Shown here: one piece after another, positions 1 to 11,141 of the stretch | Numbering within the stretch: position 1 is the stretch's first letter | Layout: every line of letters starts with the position of its first letter | Source: Actinomycetota bacterium | GTDB lineage: Bacteria; Actinomycetota; Acidimicrobiia; IMCC26256; VFJJ01 | Reading direction: 5' to 3' | DNA: 54,831 nt | Assembly (NCBI GenBank): GCA_009886115.1 | Contig: VFJJ01000049.1 | Span: forward strand, 1 to 54,831 | Position numbers and translations under genes: made by a program | Notes under the pieces: generated by a model | Seen by the model: the letters and a program-made list of their open reading frames with translations, nothing else | The model's database searches: none | What the model was told of the DNA's origin: nothing

Positions 1-23
1 GGTGACGCGGTGACCCGGTGACC

Positions 24-684
24 GTGACGCCGGCTCAGCCGGTGGTCGTGCTCGACCACGTCTCCAAGTGGTTCGGTGACCTCGTGGCCGTCAGCGACGT
101 CTCGTTCAGCATCGGCCGGGCGTGACCGCGCTCCTCGGGCCCAACGGTGCCGGCAAGTCGACGTTGCTTCGGATGCTGAGCGGCCTGGCCCGTCCGTCGA
201 ATGGGACCGTGAGGGTGCTGGGCCACGATCCGAGGACCGCGACGGCCGTCCGGCGCCAGATCGGACTTGCGCCACAACAGGAATCGGTGTTCGAGCACCT
301 CGGTGCGCTGGAGCTGGTTCGGGTGTGTGCGGCGGTGCGCGGGGTCGCCGAGCCCGAGGCCGCCGCGCGACGTGCCCTGCTCGAGGTCGAGCTCGATCCC
401 GACGACACCCGTCGGCTGCCGACGTACTCAAAGGCATGCGCCAGCGGGTGAAGCTCGCCCAGGCCACGGTCCACGAACCGGCCGGGATCCTGCTCGACGA
501 GCCTCTCGCCGGGCTCGATCCTCGTCAACGGCTGCACATGGTGGAGCTCTTCCACCGTCTCGGTGACGCCGGGCGTTGCGTGGTGGTCTCGAGCCGCGTG
601 TTGGAGGAGGTCGCTCGCTTCGGCTCCGACATCGTCGTCATCGCCAAGGGCCGCCTTACGGAGCATCGATCAGGCTCCAGTTGA
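24..684 (+). pseudogene. ABC transporter ATP-binding protein, split by two frameshifts (pseudogene or sequencing indels)
   Basis: Three frames give [22 protein letters not shown] (from 24), Walker [12 protein letters not shown] (ORF 122..451), then KGMRQR/LLDEPLAGLDP (ORF 76..684). Shifts near 120 and 432. Confidence 0.75.
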
Positions 685-752
685 TCCAGTGGATGCCGAC
701 GCCGGGAAGGGGAGCAGACGCGATCTCGGAACCGGCATTCGCCGACGCCCGG

Positions 753-1502
753 CTACAGCGCCTGGAGGACGGAGTCGGGGATGTCGAAGTTGGCGTGGAC
801 GGCTTGCACGTCGTCGTGGTCCTCGAGGGCGTCGAGCAGGCGCAGCACCTTGCGCACGTCGCTCTCGCTCGACAGCGGGACGAGGTTCTGGGCGACCATC
901 GTGAGGTCGCTGCTCGCCACCTTGATGCCGGCCTCCTCGATGGCGGTGCGCACCGCGTGCAGGTCGGTGGGCGCGGTGGTGACCCGGAAGTTGTCGCCCT
1001 CGTCGGCGATGTCCTCGGCTCCCGCGTCGAGCGCCGCCAGCATGAGGTCGTCCTCGGTGACGCCGCCGGCCTTGTCGACGACGATCTGACCCTTGCGCTC
1101 GAACTGCCACGCCACGGCGCCGGGCTCGGCCAGGTTGCCCCCGTTCTTGGACAAGATGTTGCGCACCTCGGCGCCGGTGCGGTTGCGGTTGTCCGAGAGG
1201 GTCTCGACGAGCATCGCGACACCGGACGGGGCGTACCCCTCGTAGGTGATCGACTCGTACTTGACTCCCTCGAGCTCGCCTGCGCCGCGCTTGACCGCGC
1301 GCTCGATCGTGTCGACGGGCACCGAGGCGTCGCGCGCCTTTTGGACCATCGTGCGCAGGGTCGCGTTGGCATCGATGTCGCCGCCGCCCTCCCGGGCCGA
1401 CACCTCGACCTGGCGCAGGAGCTTGGCGAAGAGCTTGCCCCTGGCTGCGTCGGCGGCGCCCTTCTTGTGCTTGATCGTCGCCCACTTCGAATGGCCGCTC
1501 AT
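753..1502 (-). CDS. yebC: YebC/PmpR family protein
   Basis: MSGHSKWATIKHKKG N-terminus and YEGYAP motif; follows pdxT with ATGA overlap. Confidence 0.95.
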   Translation of the reverse strand: MSGHSKWATIKHKKGAADAARGKLFAKLLRQVEVSAREGGGDIDANATLRTMVQKARDASVPVDTIERAVKRGAGELEGVKYESITYEGYAPSGVAMLVETLSDNRNRTGAEVRNILSKNGGNLAEPGAVAWQFERKGQIVVDKAGGVTEDDLMLAALDAGAEDIADEGDNFRVTTAPTDLHAVRTAIEEAGIKVASSDLTMVAQNLVPLSSESDVRKVLRLLDALEDHDDVQAVHANFDIPDSVLQAL

Positions 1503-2101
1503 GCCGTCCTCCGGGAAAGGTCGTCCTGCACAACCTCGCGCAGGAACCACTGGTGGATGCGTTGATCACCCGACAACTCGGGATGGAACGTGAGACCGAC
1601 GGCCCGGCCCTGACGCACCGCGACCGCCAGGCCCTCATGGGTGACCAGCACGGTTACCTGCGGGCCGACCGACGTGATGACCGGAGCTCGGATGAACACA
1701 CCCGGGAACGGCCCGCCCGGCGCCAACGCCGTGATATCGAGATCGGCCTCGAACGAGTCGAGCTGACGCCCGTACGCGTTCCGGTCGACGGTCACGTCGA
1801 TCGCCGAGTACCAGCGTTGGTCGGGACGGGCCCCACCGACACCGGAGGCGAGAAGGATGAGCCCGGCGCAGGTCCCGAGCACGGCCAGGCCGTCTGAGAG
1901 GCGCCGCTGCAGCGGTTCGAGCAGGCCCGAGGTGACGAGGAGCTTCGACATGGTCGTCGACTCCCCGCCGGGCAGGACGAGCGCGTCGAGCGCGTCGAGG
2001 TGCTCGGGGCGCCGCACCTCGACCACGTCGGCGCCGAGCCCGCCGAACACCTCAGCGTGCTCGCGGAAGGCTCCCTGGAGGGCAAGCACACCCAGCTTCA
2101 C
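1499..2101 (-). CDS. pdxT: PLP synthase glutaminase subunit
   Basis: GVLALQGAF, LPGGEST, GTCAGLILL and FHPEL motifs; start chosen at GTG 2101. Confidence 0.95.
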   Translation of the reverse strand: MKLGVLALQGAFREHAEVFGGLGADVVEVRRPEHLDALDALVLPGGESTTMSKLLVTSGLLEPLQRRLSDGLAVLGTCAGLILLASGVGGARPDQRWYSAIDVTVDRNAYGRQLDSFEADLDITALAPGGPFPGVFIRAPVITSVGPQVTVLVTHEGLAVAVRQGRAVGLTFHPELSGDQRIHQWFLREVVQDDLSRRTA

Positions 2102-2152
2102 CTGGAGGCACCTCGCCGCGACCACCTGAGCAAGGCTCGGCGATCACGCCAC

Positions 2153-3040
2153 TCACCAACCCCGCTCGGCCAACTTGACGGCCACCGTGCGAGCGTCGTC
2201 GCCCCGCATGGCCTCACCGAGACCCCGTGACACCTTGGCCACGATCGCAGCGTCGGCGTAGTGCGTGGTGGCCTCGACGATGGCCTTGGCCCGCGAGGCC
2301 GGATCGGACGCCTTGAAGATGCCCGAGCCCACGAACACGGCCTGGGCCCCGAGCTGCATCACGAGCGACGCATCGGCCGGCGTGGCGATGCCGCCGGCGC
2401 AGAACATGGGAACGGGGAGCTCGCCGCGCTCGGCGACCTCCTTGATGAGGTCGTACGGAGCCCGGTGCTCTTTGGCGGCGACGAACAGCCCGGGCTCGTC
2501 GGCGACGGTGAGCTTGCGGATGTCGCCGAGGATCGTGCGCAGGTGGTACACGGCCTCGACCACGTCGCCCGTGCCCGCCTCGCCCTTGGAGCGGATCATG
2601 CAGGCGCCCTCGGAGATGCGCCGCAGCGCTTCGCCGAGGCTCGTCGCACCGCACACGAAGGGCACCGTGAAGGCCCACTTGTCGACGTGGTGCTCACGGT
2701 CGGCCGGGGTGAGCACCTCCGACTCGTCGACGTAGTCGACGCCGAGCGACTGCAACACCTGGGCCTCGGCGAAGTGGCCGATCCGGCACTTGGCCATCAC
2801 CGGGATCGACACGGCCGCCTTGATGGCCTCGATGAGCGCGGGATCGCTCATGCGGGCGACCCCGCCGTCCCTCCGGATGTCGGAGGGCACCCGCTCGAGG
2901 GCCATGACGGCGACGGCGCCGGCGTCCTCGGCGATCTTGGCCTGGTCGGCATCGACGACATCCATGATCACGCCGCCGCGCAGCATCTCGGCGAGGCCCC
3001 GCTTCACGCGTGCGGTGCCGGTGGTCCTGTTCTCGGTCAT
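2153..3040 (-). CDS. pdxS: PLP synthase lyase subunit
   Basis: [37 protein letters not shown] and C-terminal LAERGW. Confidence 0.97.
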   Translation of the reverse strand: MTENRTTGTARVKRGLAEMLRGGVIMDVVDADQAKIAEDAGAVAVMALERVPSDIRRDGGVARMSDPALIEAIKAAVSIPVMAKCRIGHFAEAQVLQSLGVDYVDESEVLTPADREHHVDKWAFTVPFVCGATSLGEALRRISEGACMIRSKGEAGTGDVVEAVYHLRTILGDIRKLTVADEPGLFVAAKEHRAPYDLIKEVAERGELPVPMFCAGGIATPADASLVMQLGAQAVFVGSGIFKASDPASRAKAIVEATTHYADAAIVAKVSRGLGEAMRGDDARTVAVKLAERGW

Positions 3041-3092
3041 GGGGACACATCCTCGGTGCAAGGGTGGCGTATCGGAAGTGTACCGCCGACGG

Positions 3093-4259
3093 TCAGGATT
3101 TCTTCGTGGTTGTGGTGACGCCCGGGCGCGTCGTGCTCGTCGCCACGATCGGCGGATCGGGAGCGCACTCGGGAGAGACCGTGACCGTCGCTCCCGGGGG
3201 GAGCAGGTGCACCCAGGTCTGGCCGGGACGCAGAGCGATCTCCGACCCGGCGCCGTCGAGGTACCGGGCGCCGAATGCGGCATCGGGCCGATCCCACGTG
3301 CCGACGATCTCACGACCGGCGGTGTAGACGGCCGCCTCGCCCGAGCCGAGCACGATCGTCTCCAGCACCTTGGTACCAGCGGCGTCGACGTACTGCGTGG
3401 CCTTCAGGCTCACACGCTGGACGATGAGGTTCCTCGGCGCGATCAAGGCGCCCGAAGCGGCCGTGTGGGGCTGCCCGTTGATCGAGCGGAGCCAGAGCCC
3501 GGTGGTCGGGTCGAGGTCGTAGTGCAGCTTGACCTGGTTGTTGTACACGATGTCGACACTGCAGATCGGGGCTCCGGTCGGCTGCGGTGCGTTGGCGGGT
3601 GCATAGACGAACTGGGGCGTCGGAGCCACCTTCTCGCCCCGCTGGTTCCACAGCTCAGCTGCGTGGGCCAACAGGTTGTGCGGGTTGCGCCGATCGCCGG
3701 CCCGGAAGAATCCCTCGGCGTTCGTGTCGAGCAGCTCCGAGACCTTGCGCGCCGACGACACGAACGCCCCGATGCCGCCCGAGATCACGAAGACCCCGTT
3801 CAGGGGCTGGATGATGTTGGCGTCCATCGGCCGAGCCGAGCGGATGGGCCCCACATCGCCCGGATCACGCGACTGGAAGACGGCGATGTAGCGGATCAGC
3901 CCTTCGACGGGCTCCTCGTAGACGATGTCGGCCACGTCGAGACCGACCTGGGGCTGGGCCTCCCGGGCGCCATCGATCTTGACGGCCAGGGCCGGGCGGG
4001 ACGGATCGTTGCCGAAGGTGTAGGGCAGACCCGTGAGCGGAGCGAGCAGGGCAGGGTCGACGATGCCGAGCGTCGTCGACGTCGCGGGCGATGACGATGT
4101 CGACGCTGAGCTCGACGTCGTGACGCCCGTCCCGGTGACGGTCGTCGTGGCCCCGCTGGAGGCACCGCCGTCGCCACCGCACGCCGCGGTGCCGACGATC
4201 AGAGCCGCGAGACCGATGCGCAGCGCGAGCCGGGGCAGTATGGGATTCGGTTGCCGCAT
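3093..4259 (-). CDS. DUF3048 (YerB-like) lipoprotein
   Basis: Lipobox TAAC, Ser/Thr linker, [26 protein letters not shown] and PHNL motifs. Confidence 0.8.
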   Translation of the reverse strand: MRQPNPILPRLALRIGLAALIVGTAACGGDGGASSGATTTVTGTGVTTSSSASTSSSPATSTTLGIVDPALLAPLTGLPYTFGNDPSRPALAVKIDGAREAQPQVGLDVADIVYEEPVEGLIRYIAVFQSRDPGDVGPIRSARPMDANIIQPLNGVFVISGGIGAFVSSARKVSELLDTNAEGFFRAGDRRNPHNLLAHAAELWNQRGEKVAPTPQFVYAPANAPQPTGAPICSVDIVYNNQVKLHYDLDPTTGLWLRSINGQPHTAASGALIAPRNLIVQRVSLKATQYVDAAGTKVLETIVLGSGEAAVYTAGREIVGTWDRPDAAFGARYLDGAGSEIALRPGQTWVHLLPPGATVTVSPECAPDPPIVATSTTRPGVTTTTKKS

Positions 4260-4369
4260 GATGGAGACGTCTCCTGGATCGAGGGCCCGTGGAGGGCCCT
4301 CTCGTCGCCGGGCCCTCGTCGCCGGGGCACCCGGAGCGCCGCCTGCGAGAGCCCGTCAGCGACGGGCGG

Positions 4370-5275
4370 TCACAGCTCCTTGAGCGCCATGATGCGCTCG
4401 TCGAGCGGCGGGTGGGTGTCGAACAGGCGGTTCAGCCGGCTCCCCCGATGACCCTGCACTCGATCGACGGGCGACTCGATCCACAGATGGGCCATGGCGT
4501 TCGAATGGGCCCGCACGACGGTTTGGTCGTCGCGGAGCTTCTCCAGAGCGGAGACGAGACCCGGCGGGTACCGGGTGAGCGAGACGGCCGAGACGTCGGC
4601 GAGGCTCTCTCGTTGGCGGCTGACGGCCATCTGCATGAGCTTGGCCACGATCGGCGCCGCGATGAGGAACACCAGCCCGAGAAGGAGCAGGATCGGCGCT
4701 CCCGAGCCACCCTGGTTGTCGCGCCGGCGGCTCCCGCCTCCGAACCACAGGGCCCGGAGCCCGAAGTCGGTGATGAGGGCGATCGTGCCCACGAGCGTGA
4801 CGGCCAGCGTCATGACCAGGATGTCGTAGTTGCGGACGTGGCTGAGCTCGTGGGCCAGCACGCCTTCGAGCTCGACCCGGTTCATGCGCTCGAGCAACCC
4901 CGTCGTGACGGCGAGCGCAGCGTGCTCGGGGTTGCGACCCGTCGCGAAGGCGTTCGGCGCCGAGTCGACGATCACGTACAGACGGGGCATCGGGATCCCG
5001 CCGGCGATGCACAAGCCCTCGACGAGGTTGTGATAGCGCGGGTACTCGTCGCGCGACGCCGGCTGGGCGCCAGAAGCTCGCAACGCCACGGCGTCGGACT
5101 TCCAGTACGCGAAGAACGCCGAGCCGCCCGCGATGATCAGTGCGAAGACGGCCACGAACGGGCCACTCGCGCCGAGCACCAGCCCCACGGCCCACACCGC
5201 GGCGACGAGCACCACGACGAAGGCTGCCAACATGACGACGGAGCGGCGCTTGTTGGCCGCAATCTGCTCGAACAC
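4370..5275 (-). CDS. htpX: HtpX-like M48 zinc metalloprotease
   Basis: PNAFATG, HELSH (HExxH) and THPP; transmembrane segments; adjacent to lemA. Confidence 0.92.
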   Translation of the reverse strand: MFEQIAANKRRSVVMLAAFVVVLVAAVWAVGLVLGASGPFVAVFALIIAGGSAFFAYWKSDAVALRASGAQPASRDEYPRYHNLVEGLCIAGGIPMPRLYVIVDSAPNAFATGRNPEHAALAVTTGLLERMNRVELEGVLAHELSHVRNYDILVMTLAVTLVGTIALITDFGLRALWFGGGSRRRDNQGGSGAPILLLLGLVFLIAAPIVAKLMQMAVSRQRESLADVSAVSLTRYPPGLVSALEKLRDDQTVVRAHSNAMAHLWIESPVDRVQGHRGSRLNRLFDTHPPLDERIMALKEL

Positions 5276-5369
5276 GTCAGCGCGAAACCGGCGAGGGCGA
5301 CGACAGCGCAGACCGGCGCTGGAGCGGGGCCGAGGCGCGAACGATGGTGGGCTTCACGGGAATCGCCAC

Positions 5370-5921
5370 TCAGAACTGAACCTTGACCGGGCCGCGGGCC
5401 TCGGGCTCCTCGACCTCGAAGTACTCCTTGTCGGGGAACTTGCCGGCGATGAGGTTGCTCGGGAACGTCTGGCGCTTGTTGTTGTACTTCAGCACGCTGT
5501 CGTTGTAGAACTGCCGCGAGTAGCCGATGCGGTCCTCGGTGGCGGTCAACTCCTCCTGCAGCTCGAGGAAGTTCTGGTTGGCCTTGAGGTCGGGATAGGC
5601 CTCCGACAGCGCGAACAGTCGACCCAGGGTCTGGGTGATCATGTTCTGGGCTGCGCCCTGCTCCTCGACCGTGCTGGCGCTCACGCCCCGCTGGCGAGCG
5701 GCGATGACCGCTTCGAGGGTCTCGCGCTCGTGGGACGCGTAGCCCTTCACCGTCTCGACGAGGTTCGGGATCAGGTCGTAGCGCCGGCGGAGCTGCACGT
5801 CGATCTGCGACCACGCGTTCTCGACCCGGTTCTTGAGTCGCACCAAGGCGTTGTACGTGAGGACGAGCCAGAGCACGAGGATCACCACCACCGCGGCGAT
5901 GATGATGATTCCGACGTTCAT
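5370..5921 (-). CDS. lemA: LemA family protein
   Basis: N-terminal [40 protein letters not shown]. Confidence 0.93.
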   Translation of the reverse strand: MNVGIIIIAAVVVILVLWLVLTYNALVRLKNRVENAWSQIDVQLRRRYDLIPNLVETVKGYASHERETLEAVIAARQRGVSASTVEEQGAAQNMITQTLGRLFALSEAYPDLKANQNFLELQEELTATEDRIGYSRQFYNDSVLKYNNKRQTFPSNLIAGKFPDKEYFEVEEPEARGPVKVQF

Positions 5922-5961
5922 GATGCTGCCTCCATCTCGGGCGGGTTCCGCCTGGTGACGT

Positions 5962-7083
5962 TCATCGTACCGATCGGCCGGGGCGAGCCAGGACCTCCGT
6001 GTAGACGTCGGCGTATTCGCCGGCGAGCCGGGCCATCGAGAACTCATCGGCTCGCATCCGTCCGTAGCCGGTGAGCTGCTCGGCGAGCATGGCGTCGTCG
6101 AGCACACGCCTCATGGCGTTCCGGAGCGCTGGGGGATCGCCCGGCGCCACCAGCACCGCCTCGACCCCGTCGCGGGCCACCTCGCGGTAGCCGCCGATGT
6201 CGGACGCCACCACCGGCGTGCTGGCGGACATGGCCTCGAGCAGCACCACCCCGAACGACTCGCTGTGGAGTGACGGGGCGCAGTACACCGACGCCGCGCG
6301 CATCCGGCGGGCCAGCTCGGCATCGCCGATCTGACCCAGCCACTGCACCCCGGGCATGCGGCGGGCCTGGAGCTCCGCGGTTTCCGGACCGAGGCCCACG
6401 ACCCACAGGTCGGCATCGCGTTCGAGGCCCGCGAAGGCGTCGAGCAGCACACCCAATCCCTTCCGGGGCTCGTGTCGGGCGGCGAAGAGGATCGCCGGAC
6501 GGCGCAGCGGCCACGGATCGGCCTTGGCGAACTTGGCGACGTCGACCCCGTTCGAGAGCACCCGGACCGGGCCACCCAGGTTGGCCTCGACCGTGTCGCG
6601 CGCCGCGTCGGAGACCGCGATCATCGCCCGGAATCGGCGACGCGCGGCCCACCTGCACATCGGCCCGAACGTTCGGTAGAGCTGATGCCCTGCGGCATGG
6701 AAGGTCGCCACGACCGGGTACCCGGTGGCCAGCACGACCGTCCAGTTGGTGCCGATCGCGAACGGCTCGTGGAGGTGCACGATGTCGGGGCGCTCGGCGT
6801 GCAGCGCTCGAAGCACCCTGAGCTGCGCGGCCGGATCGGGTGCGATCGGGGCGATCGAGCCGTTCGCGGCCACCGGGATGCTCCGACCCAGCTGGGTGAC
6901 GCCGGGCTCGGGTGGCGGACCGTCGCACGGGGCATAGGCGCGGGCGTCGATGCCGATCTCCCGCAGCGCGTTCGTGAGGCCCAGCACCTGTCCCTGCACG
7001 CCGCCGGGTCGCGACAGGGAGAACGGCGAGAACACCGCGATCCGAAGCGGACGAGGCTCGGTCAGGACAGTCCGCGCAGTCAC
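5962..7083 (-). CDS. pimA: GT4 glycosyltransferase, phosphatidyl-myo-inositol alpha-mannosyltransferase (PimA-like)
   Basis: PGGVQ, NGSIA, HLHEP, ATFH, EPRKG and [11 protein letters not shown]; context with pgsA/patA. Start uncertain. Confidence 0.85.
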   Translation of the reverse strand: MTARTVLTEPRPLRIAVFSPFSLSRPGGVQGQVLGLTNALREIGIDARAYAPCDGPPPEPGVTQLGRSIPVAANGSIAPIAPDPAAQLRVLRALHAERPDIVHLHEPFAIGTNWTVVLATGYPVVATFHAAGHQLYRTFGPMCRWAARRRFRAMIAVSDAARDTVEANLGGPVRVLSNGVDVAKFAKADPWPLRRPAILFAARHEPRKGLGVLLDAFAGLERDADLWVVGLGPETAELQARRMPGVQWLGQIGDAELARRMRAASVYCAPSLHSESFGVVLLEAMSASTPVVASDIGGYREVARDGVEAVLVAPGDPPALRNAMRRVLDDAMLAEQLTGYGRMRADEFSMARLAGEYADVYTEVLARPGRSVR

Positions 7084-7242
7084 CGAGGGACGAGCGGACA
7101 CGGACGGACCAGACACCGTGGATCGGGCAGTTCGCATCGCCCGCCATGATGACAAACTCGTCGAGCCCATGCCCGGATCATCCACGCCGACGGCCCGGCC
7201 GGACCAACCCGGGATCGTCGTCGGGGGTCGGACCTGCGATCG

Positions 7243-8766
7243 TCACACGCCCCGGCGACCCGAGCCCGACGAACGTCGCGCGCCGCCACTACGCCCGGCC
7301 GGCGCAGAAGACCGACCACGACTCCCGTGCGAAGCCGACGACCGGGCGACGCGCACCGGCTCCGGAGCTGCCGGGGGCGGCGTCACCCGGGGCGCCGCCG
7401 GCCCGCTGAGAGCGCCGATCTGGGGTGCACCCGGACCGACGAGCACGGGTGTGGCCTTGATGCCGGCCTGGCGGGTCAGCACGCGCACCTCGTCAGCCTG
7501 ATCGGGAGTGCTGATGGTGACGACCGTCCCCGCGGCGCCGGCGCGGGCCGTCCGTCCGGAGCGGTGCGTGTAGGCCTTGTGCTCGGAGGGCGGATCGACG
7601 TGCACGACGAGCGCGACATCATCGACGTGGATGCCCCGGGCGGCGATGTCGGTGGCCACGAGCACCCGGGCCGAGCCCTCGGAGAACGCTGCGAGGTTTC
7701 GTTCCCGCGCGTTCTGCGACAGGTTCCCATGGAGGTCGACCGCCGGGATCCCGGCTGCTGTGAGCTGCTTGGCGAGCTTCTTGGCCCCGTGCTTGGTGCG
7801 GGTGAACAGGAGGCTGCGCCCGTGCCCGGAGGCCAGCTCGTGCACGACGGCCGACTTCTGGTCGAGCGACACCCGCCACACGTGGTGCTCGGCCTCGGCG
7901 ACGGGTACGTCGGCCGGGTCGACGGCGTGGTGCGCCGGATCGTGCAGGTAGCGGCGGATCAGCACGTCGACGCCGTTGTCGAGCGTGGCCGAGAACAGGA
8001 GCCGCTGGGTCCCCTGCGGCGTCTGGTCGAGGAGCCGCTTGACGGCGGGGAGGAATCCGAGATCGGCCATGTGGTCGGCCTCGTCGAGAACGGTGATCTC
8101 GACGGCGTCGAGGCGGCAGTACCCCTGGCCGATGAGGTCTTCGAGGCGGCCGGGGCAGGCCACGACGATGTCGACGCCCGTGGTCAGCGCCCGCACCTGC
8201 GGAGCCTGTCCGACGCCGCCGAAGATGGTGACGGTCCGCAGACCCAGAGCCTCGGCGAGCGGGCTGAGCGTGGCCGCGACCTGGCTGGCGAGCTCACGGG
8301 TGGGCACGAGCAGGAGGGCCCGGGGTCGCTTGGCCTGACGGGTCTTGCCGCTGCCGGCGAGCGTGGCCACCACGGGGAGAGCGAAGGCGAGCGTCTTGCC
8401 GCTGCCGGTCTTGCCCCGGCCCAGGACGTCGCGCCCGGCGAGGGAGTCGGGCAGCGTCGCCACCTGGATGGGAAACGGTGCGGTGATGCCCTGGCGAGCG
8501 AGCACGGCCACCAGGGCCGGGGCCACGCCGAGCGCCTCGAACGACCCGGCCTCGGACGGAGTCGCCTTCAACGGACGGGGCAGGGGCTGCGCGTCGCTCC
8601 GGGGCTCGGCGATGCGCACGGGGCTCGCAGCGCGGGCCTCGACTGCGGAAGACGTGCGGTCGGACGACGTGGTGCCACGCGACTCGGCGCCGGTCACGGA
8701 TGCCGGACGGAGCGTACGACGACGGTTACGACGCGGTTGTCCCGCGTCGGGGAAGGTTGCAGACAC
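7243..8766 (-). CDS. DEAD-box RNA helicase
   Basis: Q motif PFPIQ, GKTGSGKT, PTRELA, DEAD, SAT and HRSGRTAR; GAGGA RBS before GTG 8766. Confidence 0.93.
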   Translation of the reverse strand: MSATFPDAGQPRRNRRRTLRPASVTGAESRGTTSSDRTSSAVEARAASPVRIAEPRSDAQPLPRPLKATPSEAGSFEALGVAPALVAVLARQGITAPFPIQVATLPDSLAGRDVLGRGKTGSGKTLAFALPVVATLAGSGKTRQAKRPRALLLVPTRELASQVAATLSPLAEALGLRTVTIFGGVGQAPQVRALTTGVDIVVACPGRLEDLIGQGYCRLDAVEITVLDEADHMADLGFLPAVKRLLDQTPQGTQRLLFSATLDNGVDVLIRRYLHDPAHHAVDPADVPVAEAEHHVWRVSLDQKSAVVHELASGHGRSLLFTRTKHGAKKLAKQLTAAGIPAVDLHGNLSQNARERNLAAFSEGSARVLVATDIAARGIHVDDVALVVHVDPPSEHKAYTHRSGRTARAGAAGTVVTISTPDQADEVRVLTRQAGIKATPVLVGPGAPQIGALSGPAAPRVTPPPAAPEPVRVARSSASHGSRGRSSAPAGRSGGARRSSGSGRRGV

Positions 8767-8898
8767 GAATGGTTCCTCTCGGAGATCGGTGGCCGGTGAT
8801 GCAATGGCCACTGCTCGTCACGAGCGGTACCCGGCGCCGGAACGGCGCTCGCATGTCGACCTGTGCGACCGGGGATTCCCGGCCACGGGTCAACCATA
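8767..8898 (-). promoter_or_regulatory. Putative -10 (TATGGT) and multi-hairpin 5' leader of the helicase
   Basis: Minus-strand TATGGT at 8898-8893, then five to six consecutive short stem-loops before the RBS. Confidence 0.5.
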
Positions 8899-9154
8899 CC
8901 CCATCGAGCCCCCGGTCCCGCGCATGGGGTGTTCAGACGGTCACGGCGTGTCGCATGACGGTGAGACTTCCCCGCCGAGATCGGGCCTGCAGCCGGCGCA
9001 CCACGGGCAGTCCCAGTCGCAGCACCGCAATGCGCTCAGCCGGACGACTCGGGTGCCAGCGGCGGCGGACGCGAGCGAGGCAGCATCCGGGCGACGCAAC
9101 GAGATCACGAGTTGTTCCCGCAGCAATCGTGGCTGGTCAGGGTATCGAGAATCC

Positions 9155-9202
9155 TACTCAAATAACTCTGCGAGTAAATACTCTCAGAATCTTCGGTACA
9201 CT
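9155..9202 (+). promoter_or_regulatory. Candidate operator dyad and -10 box for the MerR-family gene
   Basis: AT-rich patch with dyad GAGTA-aa-TACTC (9172-9183); TACACT at 9197-9202, 7 nt before GTG 9210 (leaderless-type). Confidence 0.5.
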
Positions 9203-9209
9203 CGATGTC

Positions 9210-9953
9210 GTGAGCGTCTCCACGCCGTCCGCCACGTCTCCAGGTCCCGCCGATGCCTTGTCGGTCGACGAGCTCGCCCGGGCCGCAGGAACGCTCACGT
9301 CGACGGTTCGCATGTACCAGTCCCGGGGCGTGCTCCCTCCACCCCGACGGAGTGGGCGGCGCGCTTTCTACGGGCCGGCGCACCTCGACCGTCTGCGCCG
9401 CATCGACGAGCTCCGACGCCAGGGCTTCTCGCTCGCGGGGATCAAGAAGCTCCTCGACGCCTACGAGACGGGAGCCACGCTCGGCGCCGTCCTCGGCATC
9501 GGGCCCGTGGGTCCTCGACGCCTGGTGCTCAGCGCGCCGCAACTCGCCGCCCGGTTTCCCGGTCTCGGGCTCACTCCCGAGGTGATGGTCGACGTCATGG
9601 CCGCGGGGCTCGTCGTGGTGCGCGACGACGCCAAGTACGTCGTCCTCGACGCCCGCGTCCTCGACCTCGCCAGCGCGCTCGGCACGCTCGGCGTGCCCCC
9701 TGAGCGCGTCATGACCGAGTGGCGTGCCGTGCGGTCGATCACCGACGAGGTGGCCCTCCGGTTCGCGGCCGTGTTCGACGACCATCTCCGGCCCCCGTTC
9801 GCCCCCCGACCTGGCGACGATCCCGCCGTCGCCTTGGCCCAGGCCAGCGCGACCCTCGATCGGCTGATGCCCCTGGCCAAGGCCATGGTCGACGTCGCCC
9901 TCGACGCCGCCCTCACCCGGACCGTCGACCGCCTCGTCGCCGGTGCCCCCTGA
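9210..9953 (+). CDS. MerR family transcriptional regulator
   Basis: LSVDELARAAG..TVRMYQSRGVLPPP.R.GR..FY...HLDRL..I..L...GFSL winged HTH. Confidence 0.88.
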   Translation: MSVSTPSATSPGPADALSVDELARAAGTLTSTVRMYQSRGVLPPPRRSGRRAFYGPAHLDRLRRIDELRRQGFSLAGIKKLLDAYETGATLGAVLGIGPVGPRRLVLSAPQLAARFPGLGLTPEVMVDVMAAGLVVVRDDAKYVVLDARVLDLASALGTLGVPPERVMTEWRAVRSITDEVALRFAAVFDDHLRPPFAPRPGDDPAVALAQASATLDRLMPLAKAMVDVALDAALTRTVDRLVAGAP

Positions 9954-10097
9954 CGGCACCCGTGTGCCGGCGTCGGGCACGTCGCGTCCGGCCGACGATG
10001 GCACGGCCGACGATGGCACGGCCGTTCCCTCCTCTGTAGTGTCCGCGGAGCCACGCACAGCAGATACCCGGCGTCGACGAAGGCTCGGAGTGAGACC

Positions 10098-11108
10098 GTG
10101 AGCGACCTGTCCGGAAGCGACCAGATCGTGGATGATGCGACGGCGGGAGTGCTGCGGGTTCCCGAGCGCATCATTCAGGCTCCGGCTCATCTGAGCCCCC
10201 ACGCCCAGGCAGTGGTGAGCGCGAGCTCCCCTCCCCCCGAGCCGTACCCCCCCATCGACGACAGCCCCGCTTGGAAGCGGCTGATCGCCGAGATGGACGA
10301 GCTGATGCTGCCGATGATGGATGCCATGTCGGCCCACATCGACGCACGCACCACGACCATGGAGATCGAGGGCACCCCGGTGTTCGACATCGAGCCCTCG
10401 TCGATCACCCCCGGCGGTGACGGTCACATCCTGCTCAACTTCCACGGCGGCGCCCTCGTCGCCGGCGGCGGCCCGGGCTGTCGGGCCATGGGCACCCTGT
10501 CGGCCCACCAGGCCGGTCTGCACACCTGGTCCGTCGACTACCGGATGCCCCCCGACCACCCCTACCCCGCACCTCTCGACGACTGCGTCGCCGTGTACCG
10601 GACCCTCCTGCGTGAGCATGCACCCGAGCGGATCTTCGTCTCTGGCGCGTCGGCGGGAGGGAACCTGGCCGCAGCCATGATCGTGCGGGCGCGCGACGAG
10701 GGCCTTCCCCTGCCGCGGGCCGCGATCTTGATGACACCCGAGCTCGACCTCACCGAGTCGGGCGACAGCTTCCAGACGAATCTCGGGATCGACACCGTGC
10801 TGGCCCGGAGCCTCATGCCGGCCAACCTCCTCTACGCCGGGGGCCACGATCTTTCCCACCCCCACGTCTCGCCCCTGTTCGCCGACTTCTCCCTGGGCTT
10901 CCCGCCGACCTTCCTCCAGGCCGGCACGCGCGACCTGTTCTTGTCGAACGCCGTCCGCATGCACCGGGCCCTTCGCACGGCCGGCGTCGCCGCCGAACTG
11001 CACGTCTTCGAGGCCATGCCCCACGGCGGATTCTTCGGCGCCCCCGAAGACGCCGAGATGGCGGAGGCCGTTCGCGACTATGTGCAGCGACAACTCGCGA
11101 TCAGCTGA
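10098..11108 (+). CDS. Alpha/beta hydrolase (HSL-family esterase)
   Basis: HGGA oxyanion motif, VDYRMPP, GASAGG nucleophile elbow and MPHG His. Confidence 0.9.
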   Translation: MSDLSGSDQIVDDATAGVLRVPERIIQAPAHLSPHAQAVVSASSPPPEPYPPIDDSPAWKRLIAEMDELMLPMMDAMSAHIDARTTTMEIEGTPVFDIEPSSITPGGDGHILLNFHGGALVAGGGPGCRAMGTLSAHQAGLHTWSVDYRMPPDHPYPAPLDDCVAVYRTLLREHAPERIFVSGASAGGNLAAAMIVRARDEGLPLPRAAILMTPELDLTESGDSFQTNLGIDTVLARSLMPANLLYAGGHDLSHPHVSPLFADFSLGFPPTFLQAGTRDLFLSNAVRMHRALRTAGVAAELHVFEAMPHGGFFGAPEDAEMAEAVRDYVQRQLAIS

Positions 11109-11141
11109 CGCCGTCAGTTCAGGATCGTGGGCCGCGTCGTG

